A DNA stretch of 64,000 nt from Eledone cirrhosa (taxonomy: Eukaryota). Positions 13,025 to 27,775 of the stretch are shown here, piece by piece. The notes beneath the pieces are model-generated. The model saw only the letters and a program-made list of their open reading frames with translations. It had not been told where the DNA came from and ran no database searches. The translations under genes were made by a program, and so were the position numbers. Each line of letters begins with the position of its first letter. Within the stretch, counting starts at the first letter, position 1. The DNA is taken from assembly GCA_964016885.1 (NCBI GenBank), contig OZ024762.1:4464001-4528000 (forward strand). Direction: 5' to 3'.

Positions 13025-13500
13025 GAAATTTAGTAAAATCGAATCTCTGGCTGTTTGCAAGCAAATTCGGCCTACTTATATGAAATGATGAGTTAGCAAA
13101 GCACTCGATAAGTTAGGTCCTTAGAGTAATAACATACGTTTAAATAGCTTGACAAATCGAACATTGTGGTAGGCAAAATTTAACACACAATAATATACCA
13201 AAGTAACGATAGAACTAACAGATATATATATATATATATAATTTTTAGTCAGTTTTATAAGATAGTTTGTAAATAAGTATTTTAGACAAATAAACCACGA
13301 TGGTCTGAAACTAGGAGTGTTTGGTCTTGGAGATTCTTTCTAATTCTACAAATGGCGTATACCGATATAAGTACACAGATGCAGGAATTGGGAACGTGTG
13401 ATTGCCTCTGTAATGTTCGTTGGAAATTGTTAGGAAATGGTGTGAACTAATACTACAGGTAATCGGAATTGACTTTGGTATGAATTTAACACCCACGTTC
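13025..13500. mobile_element. Possible fragments of a second GIY-YIG (Penelope-like) element
   Basis: Minus ~13330-13400 reads ..CIC/CTYIGIRHL..; plus ~13030-13080 reads SKIESLAVCKQIRP. These weakly resemble GIY-YIG YIG and C-terminal motifs. Confidence 0.25.
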
Positions 13501-13666
13501 CAGCTGTCACCATATATATATATATATATAACATAGAAAAACGAAGTTCAATAGCGAAAAATCATTATTAAAATAAAAACAAATGTCAGAAGTCTGAAGT
13601 AAATAGATTTGTCTTGTGAGTGAGAAAAGGTTTCTTATTTAATTGAAAATAGATAATAGAGTGATA

Positions 13667-13987
13667 TGGCACTGGACGGTGAAAACAAGGAATGTTCCAG
13701 TTGATACGACCAACAGAACATCCTGCTCATGAAATTAACGTGAAAGTGACTGAGCATTCTCCAGACATGCGTACACATAATGTAGTTGTCATAGAGATTC
13801 AGCGTGACACAGAATGTGACAACGCCTAACCCTTAGAATTACTGGTACAATTTATTTTTGCCAACTGAGTAAAATGAATAAACGTGAAATAAAGTGACTT
13901 TCCCAATGACAGAACGTGCTGCCGGGAATCAAACTCCTGACCTTACGATCGTGAGTAGAATACCCTAACCACTGAACCACGTGCCTT
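13667..13987 (-). mobile_element. Near full-length tRNA-derived SINE
   Basis: Minus: ggcacgtggttcagtggttaggg...ggagtttgattcccgg head, plus a body shared with other copies in the window. Confidence 0.8.
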
Positions 13988-14104
13988 GGTATAGAGTGAT
14001 CTATTGAAGCTTAATCCATCAACATTAATGAATTTCGTTGATAGGAGATTTGATTTTTACAAATATGTATTGATAGTAAAGTCACGTGCCTTAGAAGAGA
14101 GGGA

Positions 14105-14300
14105 GCCTAGCTCTTGATACGGGTTCGATTCCCAGGTCTGGTATAAAGTTGTGTCCTTCAAGAAGGCACTACTATATTACTCGATGCCCCAGTTCAGTTA
14201 GCTGAAAATGAATACCAGCTGCATAAAACTGAGATGTGCTCGGGGCTTCGTCCAGTTCGTTCGTGTAACGATGGCTAAATGGAATGTAAAACGATAGTTC
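14105..14300 (+). mobile_element. SINE fragment
   Basis: B box gggttcgattcccagg and body cagttagctgaaaatgaatacca. Confidence 0.55.
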
Positions 14301-14393
14301 TAAATATATAACTCATATCCATTTCTGACTTAATGGAATATATTGTCTATAACTGGGAACAGATGATTACGTCTTGCTCAACGGCATTTGCAT

Positions 14394-14427
<34 letters not shown>

Positions 14428-15387
14428 ATATATATTATATATATATATATATATAAACCTGTTGCGTATTGTCAATCATTATAAAAATGACAAAACTCAA
14501 TTAATAAAATAAATATAAAAAAACAGTAAAGATAATAAATAGAAAATTGCTATTTTTGAAAATTGTGATTTTGATTTGCTTGCGCATGAGACAGGCAAGG
14601 CATTGTGGGAGAGATACAAACACAGAAAGTAAAAAAACAGAAAGAAAAAATATAAAATGGAAATTGATTTTTAATACAATACAAATGTTTGGAGACATTT
14701 TTACACGAGCCAATATAGAAAGGAACAAAAACAAAATATTTAGAGGAAGTGGGAAAAAAAGAGAGAATAATCAGCGTGTGCAACTGGGTGAGAAAACGGT
14801 GAAGTCGGGATAAAAATGAACGGAGAAAACTAATTAATATGTCTTACTATTATTAGCGGTTATTTTCTAAATATTTCTACAGATTTGAAAATCTAATAGC
14901 GAAATGAAATTATTGATGTTATTTTTATACGCCATTTTTTCTCGTTTGATATTTTTAACGTTGAATCTCTTTGGGGGTTTTGTTTTGTTTGTTTGTTTGT
15001 TTGTTCTTCATAAGATACATCTTAATGTTATTCTTGTTGCTGTTGTTTAACGTTGATGTTGCTGTTGTTGTCGTCCTTGCTGCTGTTAGTGATGTTGGTT
15101 TTAACTACCATGATGAATAGCACGCTTAAGTACATGTAATAAATATAAACGGCTTCTGTCATGTAATAAGAAGCCATTTTGATAATTTAGTATATTTGCA
15201 ATATTTATCACATACGTACATTCGTTGGTTCTCTTAAACTCAATGATATATTGGTACAACTAACGTCTATTTCTATAGATATTCACAGCTCCCTTACCTA
15301 CCCACACTCAATTATAGAAGTCATAGTATATACTAAGTGTGTATTTTCTTATACATAGAACACTTCTTTTGGTTGTTGACATTCTCG

Positions 15388-15464
15388 CTATATATATATA
15401 CTACATCTATATATATATACGTATACATCTATATATAGATCTATATATATATATATACGTATAC

Positions 15465-15496
<32 letters not shown>

Positions 15497-15657
15497 TATA
15501 TATACGTATACATATATATATATATACGTATACATCTATATATAGATCTATATATATATATATACGTATACATATATATATATATATATATATAATATAT
15601 ATATATATACGTATACATATATATAATATATATATATATACGTATACATATATATAT

Positions 15658-15689
<32 letters not shown>

Positions 15690-16691
15690 CGTATACGTAT
15701 ACATATATATATATATATATATAATATATATATATATATACGTATACATATATATATATACGTATACATATATATATATATATACGTATACATATATATA
15801 TATACGTATACATATATATATATATATAATATATATATATATCTATATATATATATATATATAATATATATACGTATATATATATCTATATATATATAAT
15901 ATATAATATATATACGTATATATATATCTATATATATATAATATATAATATATATACGTATATATATATCTATATATATATAATATATAATATATATACG
16001 TATATATATATCTATATATATATAATATATATATATATACGTATATATATATCTATATATATATAATATATAATATATATACGTATATATATATCTATAT
16101 ATATATAATATATATATATATACGTATATATATATCTATATATATATAATATATATATATATACGTATATATATATCTATATATATATAATATATATATA
16201 TATACGTATATATATATCTATATATATATAATATATATATATATACGTATATATATATCTATATATATATAATATATATATATATACGTATATATATATC
16301 TATATATATATAATATATATATATATACGTATATATATATCTATATATATATAATATATATATATATACGTATATATATATCTATATATATATAATATAT
16401 ATATATATACGTATATATATATCTATATATATATAATATATATATATATACGTATATATATATCTATATATATATAATATATATATATATACGTATATAT
16501 ATATCTATATATATATAATATATATATATATACGTATATATATATCTATATATATATAATATATATATATACGTATATATATATATATCTATATATATAT
16601 AATATATATATATATACGTATATATATATATATATAATATATTATATATATACGTATATATATATATATATATAATATATATATATATACG

Positions 16692-16726
<35 letters not shown>

Positions 16727-16739
16727 TATATATATATAC

Positions 16740-16773
<34 letters not shown>

Positions 16774-17027
16774 GTATATATATATATATATATATATATA
16801 TACGTATATATATATAATATATATATATATACGTATATATATATATATATATATATATATACGTATATATATATATATATATATATATATACGTATATAT
16901 ATATATATATATATATATATACGTATATATATATATATATATATATATATACGTATATATATATATATATATATATATACGTATATATATATATATATAA
17001 TATATACGTATATATATATATATATAC

Positions 17028-17063
<36 letters not shown>

Positions 17064-17069
17064 GTATAT

Positions 17070-17103
<34 letters not shown>

Positions 17104-17105
17104 AT

Positions 17106-17148
<43 letters not shown>

Positions 17149-17303
17149 TACGTATATATATATACATATATATACATATATAATATATATATACGTATAT
17201 ATATATAATATATATATACGTATATATATATACATATATATATATAATATATATACGTATATATATATACATATATAATATATATATACGTATATATATA
17301 TAC

Positions 17304-17356
<53 letters not shown>

Positions 17357-17440
17357 CATATATATATACATATATATATACATATATATACATATATATA
17401 CATATATATACATATATATATATACATGTATGTATATATA
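15388..17440. repeat. Long interrupted (TA)n array with higher-order units
   Basis: TA runs punctuated in order by CG, C and AA. Confidence 0.95.
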
Positions 17441-17536
17441 TAAAGAGAGAGAGAGGCCCTTCTTTTTAACCACCTCACCTTCCCTCTATTTCTTTCTTTC
17501 TCTTTCATAAGTTCTCTCTCTCTCTCATCCCTCCCC

Positions 17537-17572
<36 letters not shown>

Positions 17573-18548
17573 GTTTCTTTCTATCATTCTACCTTTCTTT
17601 CTTCTGATTTTGTTAATGCTATCGAAAATCAATCTTCTTCAGTTGTGGACAACGACGACGACAACACCAACAACACCAACAACAACAGACAAGGTTGGTA
17701 GTCAGAAGACTGATTACATCCTCCGTTACTAACTTCCCCCCATTCTGACTATTACGTATTATTATGTACCAGATGGAACTACAGTCCACAGCTATCATAA
17801 AGTGGTACACGGTTTCGATACCTAACACTATCCTCTTTAGTTGTTTTTTTGTCTGTGGATGTGGATTTAGTTAATATCTTCTCCCTTTTCGGTATCACTT
17901 GCTTTACACTATTTTCTGTCTACTAGATATCCTGAACTACCACATCGATCTGTCTATGTATCGATCTCTCCATAGGTTCATATACGAACAGAGAGACAGA
18001 CAGATAAACTGATAGATAGGTTAGTGTATATGATAAGCAGACAAGGAGATTTATCTGCATAACATTCTAGAAATATGGAGATAAATAGACAGACTTATTT
18101 TAACCAAATATAGGCGGTCTCTTTAGCAATATATTTCCATATGGAGATTATTAATAGGTTTATTAATAATATAACAATAAAATATAATATATATTACCAT
18201 ATAAATTAAAAATATAATAATATATACTATATAAATTACAGCATATTTATTATAATATATATATGTATATATATTATAATAGATATTAATTATATATATA
18301 TTTATTTATTTATATATATATACAATATGTATTAATTTATCATATATATATATATATATATATAATATATTCATTTATTATATTATATATATTAATTCAT
18401 TATAATATATATAGTATGGTAATCAATTATAATAGGTATTATTATAATTAATTTTGTTTAGTGATTAGTTTTGTCGTGGAGAGAAACTGGGGATTCTAGG
18501 AAGGGAGATTTTAGAGTTCTTGGACCACACGAAATTTAATTTCGCTTC

Positions 18549-19413
18549 CTAACCTTCGTTAGGGTTATCCCCCTCAGGATTGGTATCTCCTCCGGCATTC
18601 ACACCTGCAACCCCTTCCTCCACAGCCACGGGTGGTACAACCACTTTACGGCCGAACATAAATGCGAGGGTATTCCTCTTCTGGTACACCAAGCATAAGA
18701 CGAACGCACAGACGCAAGCGAAAATGGCGAGCCGAAATATAATGGGGGGTATCCCCTCTTCCTCCTCTTGCTTGAGGGGTCGAGAGGTCACATCTCGCAT
18801 GGGTGCCGGTGGAGGAGCCGGTTTAAACGATGGCGGTTTTGGCGTCACGGACGGTGGCGGAGTGACAGCCGGGCGCGAAGGTGGCGAATGCTGTACAGCT
18901 ACCGGTTCTGGAGCCGGTTCTGGAGCCGGTTCTGGAGCCGGTTCTGGAGCCGGTTCAGGAGCCGGTTCTGGAGCCGGTTCAGGAGCCGGTTCAGGAGCGG
19001 GCTGTACAGCAGCCTGCGCTTCTGCTGCCAGTTTTGCCGCCAGCGCCGCAGCCTCACGTTGTGCTGCCATACGTCGTCTTCCCGCTCGACTCCTTGGTTG
19101 GGTCGGCTGCGCTGGTTCATCTGTCTGAGGTGGAGTCGCCTCCTGTGGTGGAGTATCCTCTTGCGGAAGGGTTGGGGTGACCGGAGGCGTTACTGGACGT
19201 GTTGATGTTGATGATGGTGGTGGTGGTGGTGAGAAGGAATGAGGCTGTGAGTCCTGATTGAACGATTCTGCAGCTGCTGCTCTATTTCTGATCGGTTTGG
19301 GCGCCACGGCTGGAGGTTCTTTATCAACAACTGGTGGTCCAGCTAAATTCAGCACAGTTTGGCTAACTGCTATAACACTATCCGAATCCTGACTATCCGA
19401 ATGCCATGAGAAT
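18549..19413 (-). CDS. Terminal coding exon: Pro-rich linker, (PEPA)n repeat, transmembrane helix, short tail
   Basis: Acceptor ccttttctgcag|A at 19413. Frame open from FSWHSDSQDSDS into ORF 18549..19355. Hydrophobic IIFRLAIFACVCAFVLCLVY followed by QKRN; stop TAG at 18549-18551. The four exons total 3531 nt = 1177 codons. Confidence 0.9.
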
Positions 19414-20480
19414 CTGCAGAAAAGGTTTTAAAAGCTGGTATAAGAAACAATAGTGGCAGAGATCAATCTTTACGCACATGGAGCAGGATTTTTCAGTTGT
19501 GAGTGGAACAAAACAAAATGTCGGATATCATCTTTGTTTTGTTTTGTTTTGTGTATTTATTTTATATTTTTTTTTTTTTGCTTTGTTCAACATGAACAAT
19601 ATTCACTCAATAACATATCTGTGTTACTGAGAGAACTTAGGTATTTCACAAGAAATCTCGTAACACAAGAAAATGGAATGTGATATTCAAATACATGAAA
19701 CATAACTGAAATCAGGGACTTTTTTTTCAACTTTAAGAAAGGAAAGAAAATTACATGATACATCAATAAAGAGGTAACATTGAAAAACGAAAGGAAACAC
19801 AAACTGAACTATTTTCAAATAAATTACAATTAGTGAACTACTATTAAAATATTTACTGTTGATTAATATAATATAGAATATTTGAATATTGCCTTTAATT
19901 AATTTAATTAACTCAATTATCATTAATAACATATTATGAATATTTAATATTAATTATACTAATTAGAATATTTTATCATTTGTTTAATTAATTTCAATAT
20001 GTTCCTCCAATTAAACTAATTAGTACAGTTGTCATTAATTAACATTAAAAAATAATTTGACATCGATTAATCTAATTAGAAAATTTAATATGGATTAATT
20101 TGAATTTAATATTTACCTTTCAGTAATCTAATTAGCATAATTATATATAATTAACATAATCTAGATGGTTTAACGTTAATTAACCAAACTGAAAAACTTA
20201 CGATGAATTAGTTTAATTAGAAGATTTACTATTAATTAGATTAATTAAAACATTTACTGTTAATATACCTAATGACTAATGATGTTTTTCTTAGATAATA
20301 TCTATAAATAGATTGTGGAGATTCTGGTGATATTATGCCCTTCTCAAGTCCTTCAGAGAAGCAGGGCGGGTCACACGCGGGGAATTGAAACCAGTAAATA
20401 TATGTATGGAGATTTCCGGAAGTTGACCTCTTGTTTACTGGGTTTCTAAACCACAACGACAATAATAATGGTTTAGAAAA

Positions 20481-20880
20481 CAATAGGCTTGACCTGGTGG
20501 TTTTTTGACAAGGAAAAAAGATCGTGGCTGATTGAAGATGTAGCCTCCCCTTTGATGCAAGAGTGCAAGAAAAGGAGAAGGAGAAAATTAACCGATACCA
20601 GGGTTTAAAGTGAGAATTAAAAAGGATTTGGGACTGTCATGAAATCAAGGTCGTCCCGATTGCCATAGGCACACTAGGTTCTGTCTCGAAGAGTTTTCGT
20701 GGATGGTTCAAGAACATTAGTCCAGCCCCCTTTGTTGGAACACTTCAAAAGGCATGCTTGCTGGGAACAGCAAGAACCCTCCGATACGTCCTGAATATCT
20801 GGGGCTGCAGGTAGCGGATTGATGTTCATTTGAACAAACTTTCCAGTTAAATAACATCAATGGCTGAGACTAAGAAAATA
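20481..20880 (+). mobile_element. 5'-truncated R4/Dong-like non-LTR retrotransposon (RLE endonuclease C-terminus + 3'UTR) in (AAT)n
   Basis: Frameshifted translation NRLDLVVFDKEK...DVASPFDARVQEKEKEKINRYQGL..ELKRIW...VVPIAIGTLGSVSK...LQKACLLGTARTLRYVL; AAT repeats on both sides. Confidence 0.85.
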
Positions 20881-21984
20881 ACAATAATAATAGTTTCTGA
20901 TTTAGGCACAAGGCTAACAATTTTAGGGGAGGAAAAAGTTGATTAAATCGACCTCAGTGCGTTACTGATACTTTATTTTATCGACCCTGTAATAAGAACT
21001 TTCCAATAGCACAGATAGTGACATATGGTCGAACATTTCGACCTAGTTCATGACCGGCTATTGTATATATTAATATATTATTGATCTCAAGCAGGATGAA
21101 TGTCAATCATCACTGGAAGGACTTGAAATATAATCAGTACCTGGAATGTAATCTACCATTTCTCCTACTACTATTATCACTAAAAATAATATAATTATAA
21201 TAATACTGTGAAGTAGAAGATTAATGCATATTAAATTATATTTAAGATATTAATCCTGTCTGATAAATGGTTTTGATCGCTCTGGACAAGGGGCAGTAAT
21301 AACAACAACAACAACAACAACAAACAAACAATTAGGAAAATAAGAAAAAAATTGAATTTTGATAGAATGAAGGTAGACACCCCAGGACGAGCTTATATTT
21401 TAAATGGTGGTATTGATGGCCTGAGAGCCAATCTATTGGTTGTAAGGACAACATGGGAGAGAACAGGACATAGGGCAGAACTATAAGAAACAAGGCAGTA
21501 TTTTACTGGATAAAAAAATTACCCTGGTGCAGCCATTGGTAAAGTGAAACGTAATCTATTTCGGAAAAGATTAAGATAGTGTTAGAAGGTCAGATATTGT
21601 TGTTAAGTGTCGGGATTATCGACGGTCAAATATAGTAAATTTACTACTGAACTATTGGACTATATCACTGAAGATGGACGTGGTTGTAATAATATCAGGA
21701 GGTTCATTCTTGATAGCTGGTCGTGGTTATAAGGAGTAACTGAAAATGGTTGAGCGTGCATCAGATATTACTACGGATTTTTTTCTCATTGGATAAACGT
21801 GGGATAATTTGATTGGTTCTAATGAAATAAAGGTGACCATATTAATAAAATCAAAATATCATGAGCAACGGAAGAAAATAACGTAAATTTGAAAAACTGA
21901 AAAAAATAATAGTAATAATTTCTACATACTTAAAGGAAATGAAATTTGATTAAGAGCAGGTAACATAGGATAGATATGGTATAC

Positions 21985-22062
21985 CTGGAATCTGATTGAT
22001 GTTCAGGTGTTTCCTGGGAAACAGACGAAATTTGAGCATTCTCGGACGCTGATTTCGACACG
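21985..22062 (-). CDS. 78-nt internal coding exon (VSKSASENAQISSVSQETPEHQSDS)
   Basis: Acceptor ttacttgtttcgttcag|C and donor TCCAG|gtatac. Open in the phase 2-2 frame that matches both neighbours. Too short for the ORF track. Confidence 0.8.
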
Positions 22063-22391
22063 CTGAACGAAACAAGTAACAGTTAATACAAAAAGTAGGG
22101 TAAGAAAATATACATAGTTAACAGGTCATTAGCTGACATGAAGAATTGGAAAAAAATATACATGCATTCTTCAATGTGACAGCAATCTTGTTCGCAAATT
22201 GATAATTTCATCGGACAGATGGAGAAACAGCAGTAAGAGGTGAGGTAAGTGTAAGTGGTCACGTGATCGTGATTCATAAGTGTTTCCATGGAGATGAGAC
22301 GATGATACCTTCGCTCTAACGGTTATTGAGTGGAGAAGTAGCAGATAATGAATCTATTATACATTGAATATCCATTGTCTGACAAACCTTC

Positions 22392-22481
<90 letters not shown>

Positions 22482-22807
22482 TATTTCTATAGAAACTGGC
22501 TGGCATACTTCTGGCACAATATTTGCCATTAAAACAGTTACAGAGAAATCTGTATTTCTGACAACATTTAAAAAACAGCTGACACACTCTCTCACAGACA
22601 GATACACACACATACAGTTTCAAACACATACATAGACACACTGACAAGCACACAGCCTATATACATACGGCTATATATACGAGACAAGGAACAGTTCACA
22701 AGTACACCATAAGTACCAATCTGTTAAACATTCAATGTTTATGAATCTAGAAATATATTAGTTGAACAAGACAGTCTTGCTGGGCTAAATACGGTGTGGC
22801 GTATTTT

Positions 22808-22816
<9 letters not shown>

Positions 22817-22868
<52 letters not shown>

Positions 22869-22910
22869 TATGTATGTGTACATATATATAAATTTATACA
22901 TATATATATA

Positions 22911-22948
<38 letters not shown>

Positions 22949-22965
22949 TACATATATATATACGC

Positions 22966-22996
<31 letters not shown>

Positions 22997-23123
22997 TACA
23001 TATATATACATACATATATACATATATATATATGTATATATATACATATATATATACATATATATATATGTATATATATACATATATATATACATATATA
23101 TACATACATATATATATATATAT

Positions 23124-23155
<32 letters not shown>

Positions 23156-23735
23156 ATGTATATATATACATACATATATATATACATACATATATATATA
23201 CATATATATATATACATACATATATATATACATACATATATATATACATATATATATATACATATATACATATATACATATATACATATATACATATATA
23301 TATATACATATATATATACATATATATATACATATATATATACATACATATATATATACATATATATATATACATATATACATATATATATATACATATA
23401 TATATACATATATATATACATATATATATACATATATATATACATATATACATATTTATATATATATACATATATACATATTTATATATACATATATATA
23501 TATATACATATTTATATATACATATATACATATTTATATATATATACATATATATATATATACATATATACATATTTATATATATATACATATTTATATA
23601 TATATACATATTTATATATATATACATATATACATATATATACATATATACATATATATATACATATATATATATACATATATACATATTTACATATATA
23701 CATATTTACATATATATACATATATACATATTTAC

Positions 23736-23786
<51 letters not shown>

Positions 23787-23850
23787 CATATATACATATT
23801 TATATTTATATATATATATATATGAATATACATACATATATACATATATG
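22817..23850. repeat. Long (TA)n/(CATA)n array
   Basis: Simple-repeat tract. Confidence 0.95.
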
Positions 23851-24191
23851 TAGACATTTAATTATAAACAACAGAAAAAACAAGCAGAGTACTCAATACG
23901 GAAGTAGAGTTGATATAGAAACTTGGCAGTTCTAACTTCACCAATCATTACTCAGAGTTTCTTAATAGCGATCGTCGGACGATTTCGAAAGTTAGAAACT
24001 GAATATGATAGTGAAACGTGTTCGCAGTGTGTAGAGGACATAAAGTAAATGATTTGTTTTCTATAATCTATGGAATAAAGATCGATAATTACAGAATCAA
24101 AGAAACGGTTTGTGCAGATTTACACGCACACAAATACATACACACATACCCCTCCGCCCACACATATATATATATGTAAATATGTAAGTAT

Positions 24192-24223
<32 letters not shown>

Positions 24224-24242
24224 GTTTGTGTGTATGTATGTG

Positions 24243-24376
<134 letters not shown>

Positions 24377-24444
24377 TATATATTATGTACACATTAAACA
24401 TTCATTCATATAGAGTTACGTGAGATCATTCTGAAGTACCTAAT

Positions 24445-24495
<51 letters not shown>

Positions 24496-24638
24496 AGAAA
24501 GTATGACCCCGACGGCAGGGCTCAAGCCGTTTCGACGGCTATTTCTGGACTTTTACCTCCTATTACCCTAAGTATTGAGTACTCTGGTGCGTTATGGTCC
24601 ATCTGGTTCCTTACCACAACTCTGTTTATATATATATA

Positions 24639-24737
<99 letters not shown>

Positions 24738-24775
24738 ATATATATATATATATATATATTACACCCTCCAAACAT

Positions 24776-24826
<51 letters not shown>

Positions 24827-25239
24827 AGGAGAGGAATCGTGGCCGTGTGGTACACATCAGCTGGAGGACCAAGGGAGGTAAAGTAAGATATACATATGTA
24901 CAGGGAACACGATAGCTTGACTGTCGCATGTGCAGGTGTGTCAACACGAAACCAACGGTATTCTTTTATCATTCTGAACGGTTATTACAAAAAAATAGGA
25001 ATCATACTCTACACACTCCGATATTGAGTACTCCTATAGTTTCTGAACATATGCACATACATACATACATACATACATACATACATACATACATACATAC
25101 ATACATACACACGCACACATAGATATATACATACATATATACATACAATAACCTGATAAATGTTTTACAGAAATGTACTCCATAAACGCATCAATCGCAT
25201 CAAATCGTAGTAATATCATAGATATATAAAAATAAAAAA

Positions 25240-25480
25240 AGTCTAAAGTCTGTCTTAAGCCAGAAGGCTCATTTGGCCGGTGTTTATTCCGGTTTCATGG
25301 CGTGAAGTGACGGAAAGTACAACACTCCCCCCTGGACAGGACGCCAGTCCGTCGCAGGGTTAAACCTCCAGCTATTGCTGGTACTCATTTTCAGCTGAGT
25401 ATACTGGAGCAACGTGAAATGAAGTGTTTTGCTCAAGAACACAACACGCAAGCCAGGAATCGAAACCGCGTGCCTCCACT
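25240..25480 (-). mobile_element. tRNA-derived SINE (intronic)
   Basis: Minus: ggtttcgattcctgg...ttcttgagcaaaacacttcatttcacgttgctccagtatactcagctgaaaatgagtacc. Confidence 0.8.
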
Positions 25481-25532
25481 ATCATATATATATATATATA
25501 TAACTGATATATATATATATATATATATATAA

Positions 25533-25585
<53 letters not shown>

Positions 25586-25976
25586 CTGATATAATCTGTG
25601 ACTGTGTGTATGTTTGTGTGTGTGTGTATGTCTGTAAGCAGTGTGTGTGTGTGTGTGTGTGTAATTATGGAGGAAGCCTGGCACACATGCAGTAATGAAA
25701 GTAATATTAAACAGTAATGATATATTAACAATATGATATCATGTGTATTATCTTTGTGGTGTAGATACGTATATCATGAAAACGACACTGTACATCTGTG
25801 TGTTTGTGTATGTATGCGTTTGTGTTTCTATGTATGTATGTGTGTATGTATGTATGTATGTGTGTATGTAGGGTGGGGTTGGCGTTATAATATGTTAATG
25901 TGACGTGTAGAACATATTATGAGTCACATTATTAGGTTCTCTAGTGAAACAGACACACAGACACACATATATATAC

Positions 25977-26009
<33 letters not shown>

Positions 26010-26047
26010 ATAATCGCATACACACACACATACGCACGCACACACAC

Positions 26048-26098
26048 CTATATAAATATATATATATATATTTATATATATTTATATATAATATAATG

Positions 26099-26132
<34 letters not shown>

Positions 26133-26185
26133 ATATAATGTATATATATATATATATAATATATATATTTATATATAATATAATG

Positions 26186-26218
<33 letters not shown>

Positions 26219-26346
26219 TATATTTATATATAATATAATGTATATATATATATATATATAATATATATATTTATATATGTGTATATATATATATATATAA
26301 TATATATATTTATATATGTGCATATATATATATATATAATATATAT

Positions 26347-26392
<46 letters not shown>

Positions 26393-26695
26393 ATGTAATG
26401 TATATATATATATTTATAAATATTATAATGTGTATATATATATAATATATATATATTTATAAATAATATAATGTGTATACATATATATATATATATAATA
26501 TATATTTATAAATAATCTAATGTGTATATATAATATATATATTTATAAATAATATAATGTGTATATATATATATATAATATATATATTTATAAATAATAT
26601 GTGTATATATATATATATATATAATATATATATTTATAAATAATATAATGTGTATATATATATATATATAATATATATATTTATAAATAATATAA

Positions 26696-26730
<35 letters not shown>

Positions 26731-27256
26731 TATTTATAAATAATATAATGTGTATATATATATATATAATATATATATTTATAAATAATATAATGTATAT
26801 ATATATATATATAATATATATATTTATAAATAATATAATGTATATATATATATATAATATATATATTTATAAATAATATAATGTATATATATATATATAA
26901 TATATATATTTATAAATAATATAATGTATATATATATTATATATAAATATATAATATTATATATATATATATATATAATATTATATATATATATATATAT
27001 TATATATACATATATATATATATTATATATACATATATATATATTATATATACATATATATATACATACATATATATTATATATATATTCATATACATAT
27101 ATATTATATACATATACATATACATATATATTATATACATATACATATACATATATATTATATACATATACATATACATATATATAGATACATATATACA
27201 TATACATATATATAGATACATATATACATATATATATACATATATATATATATACA
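26048..27256. repeat. Long interrupted (TA)n array
   Basis: Simple-repeat tract with recurring tttataaataatataatgtg. Confidence 0.95.
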
Positions 27257-27548
27257 CAGGAGATGAGATATATATAAGAATGAACAGATAAAAGGAAATA
27301 TTTAATTAAACTTGGTTTACTTATGTATGTACATGTATAAATGTATGTATACATGTATGTATGTAAGTATGTATGAATGTTTGTATGTGTGTATGTATGT
27401 ATATAAGTATGTATGTAAGTATGTATGAATGTATGTATGTGTATATGTATGTATATATGTATATATGTATGTATGTATGTGTGTATGTATTCGTATAGTT
27501 GTGTAGTTGTATTATATATATTCATGTATTGCGTTTGTCTAGGTGTAT

Positions 27549-27666
<118 letters not shown>

Positions 27667-27775
27667 TGCGTTGTGTGTGTGTGTATGTGTATCTGTATGT
27701 ATTATATATCTATTGACATGATATGTTTATGTAGAAGGAAACAAGTGCATTGTAATCTAGTGATTCTTATAATAC

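Noticed and set aside
17630-17830. Possible plus-strand exon after a pyrimidine tract
   Set aside because: All frames stop quickly, content is (CAA)/(CGA) repeats, and no partner exons were found.
18549-18700. KASH-domain (nesprin-like) interpretation of the C-terminal anchor
   Set aside because: The tail after the helix is ~45 aa and ends NPNEG, not the PPPX motif.
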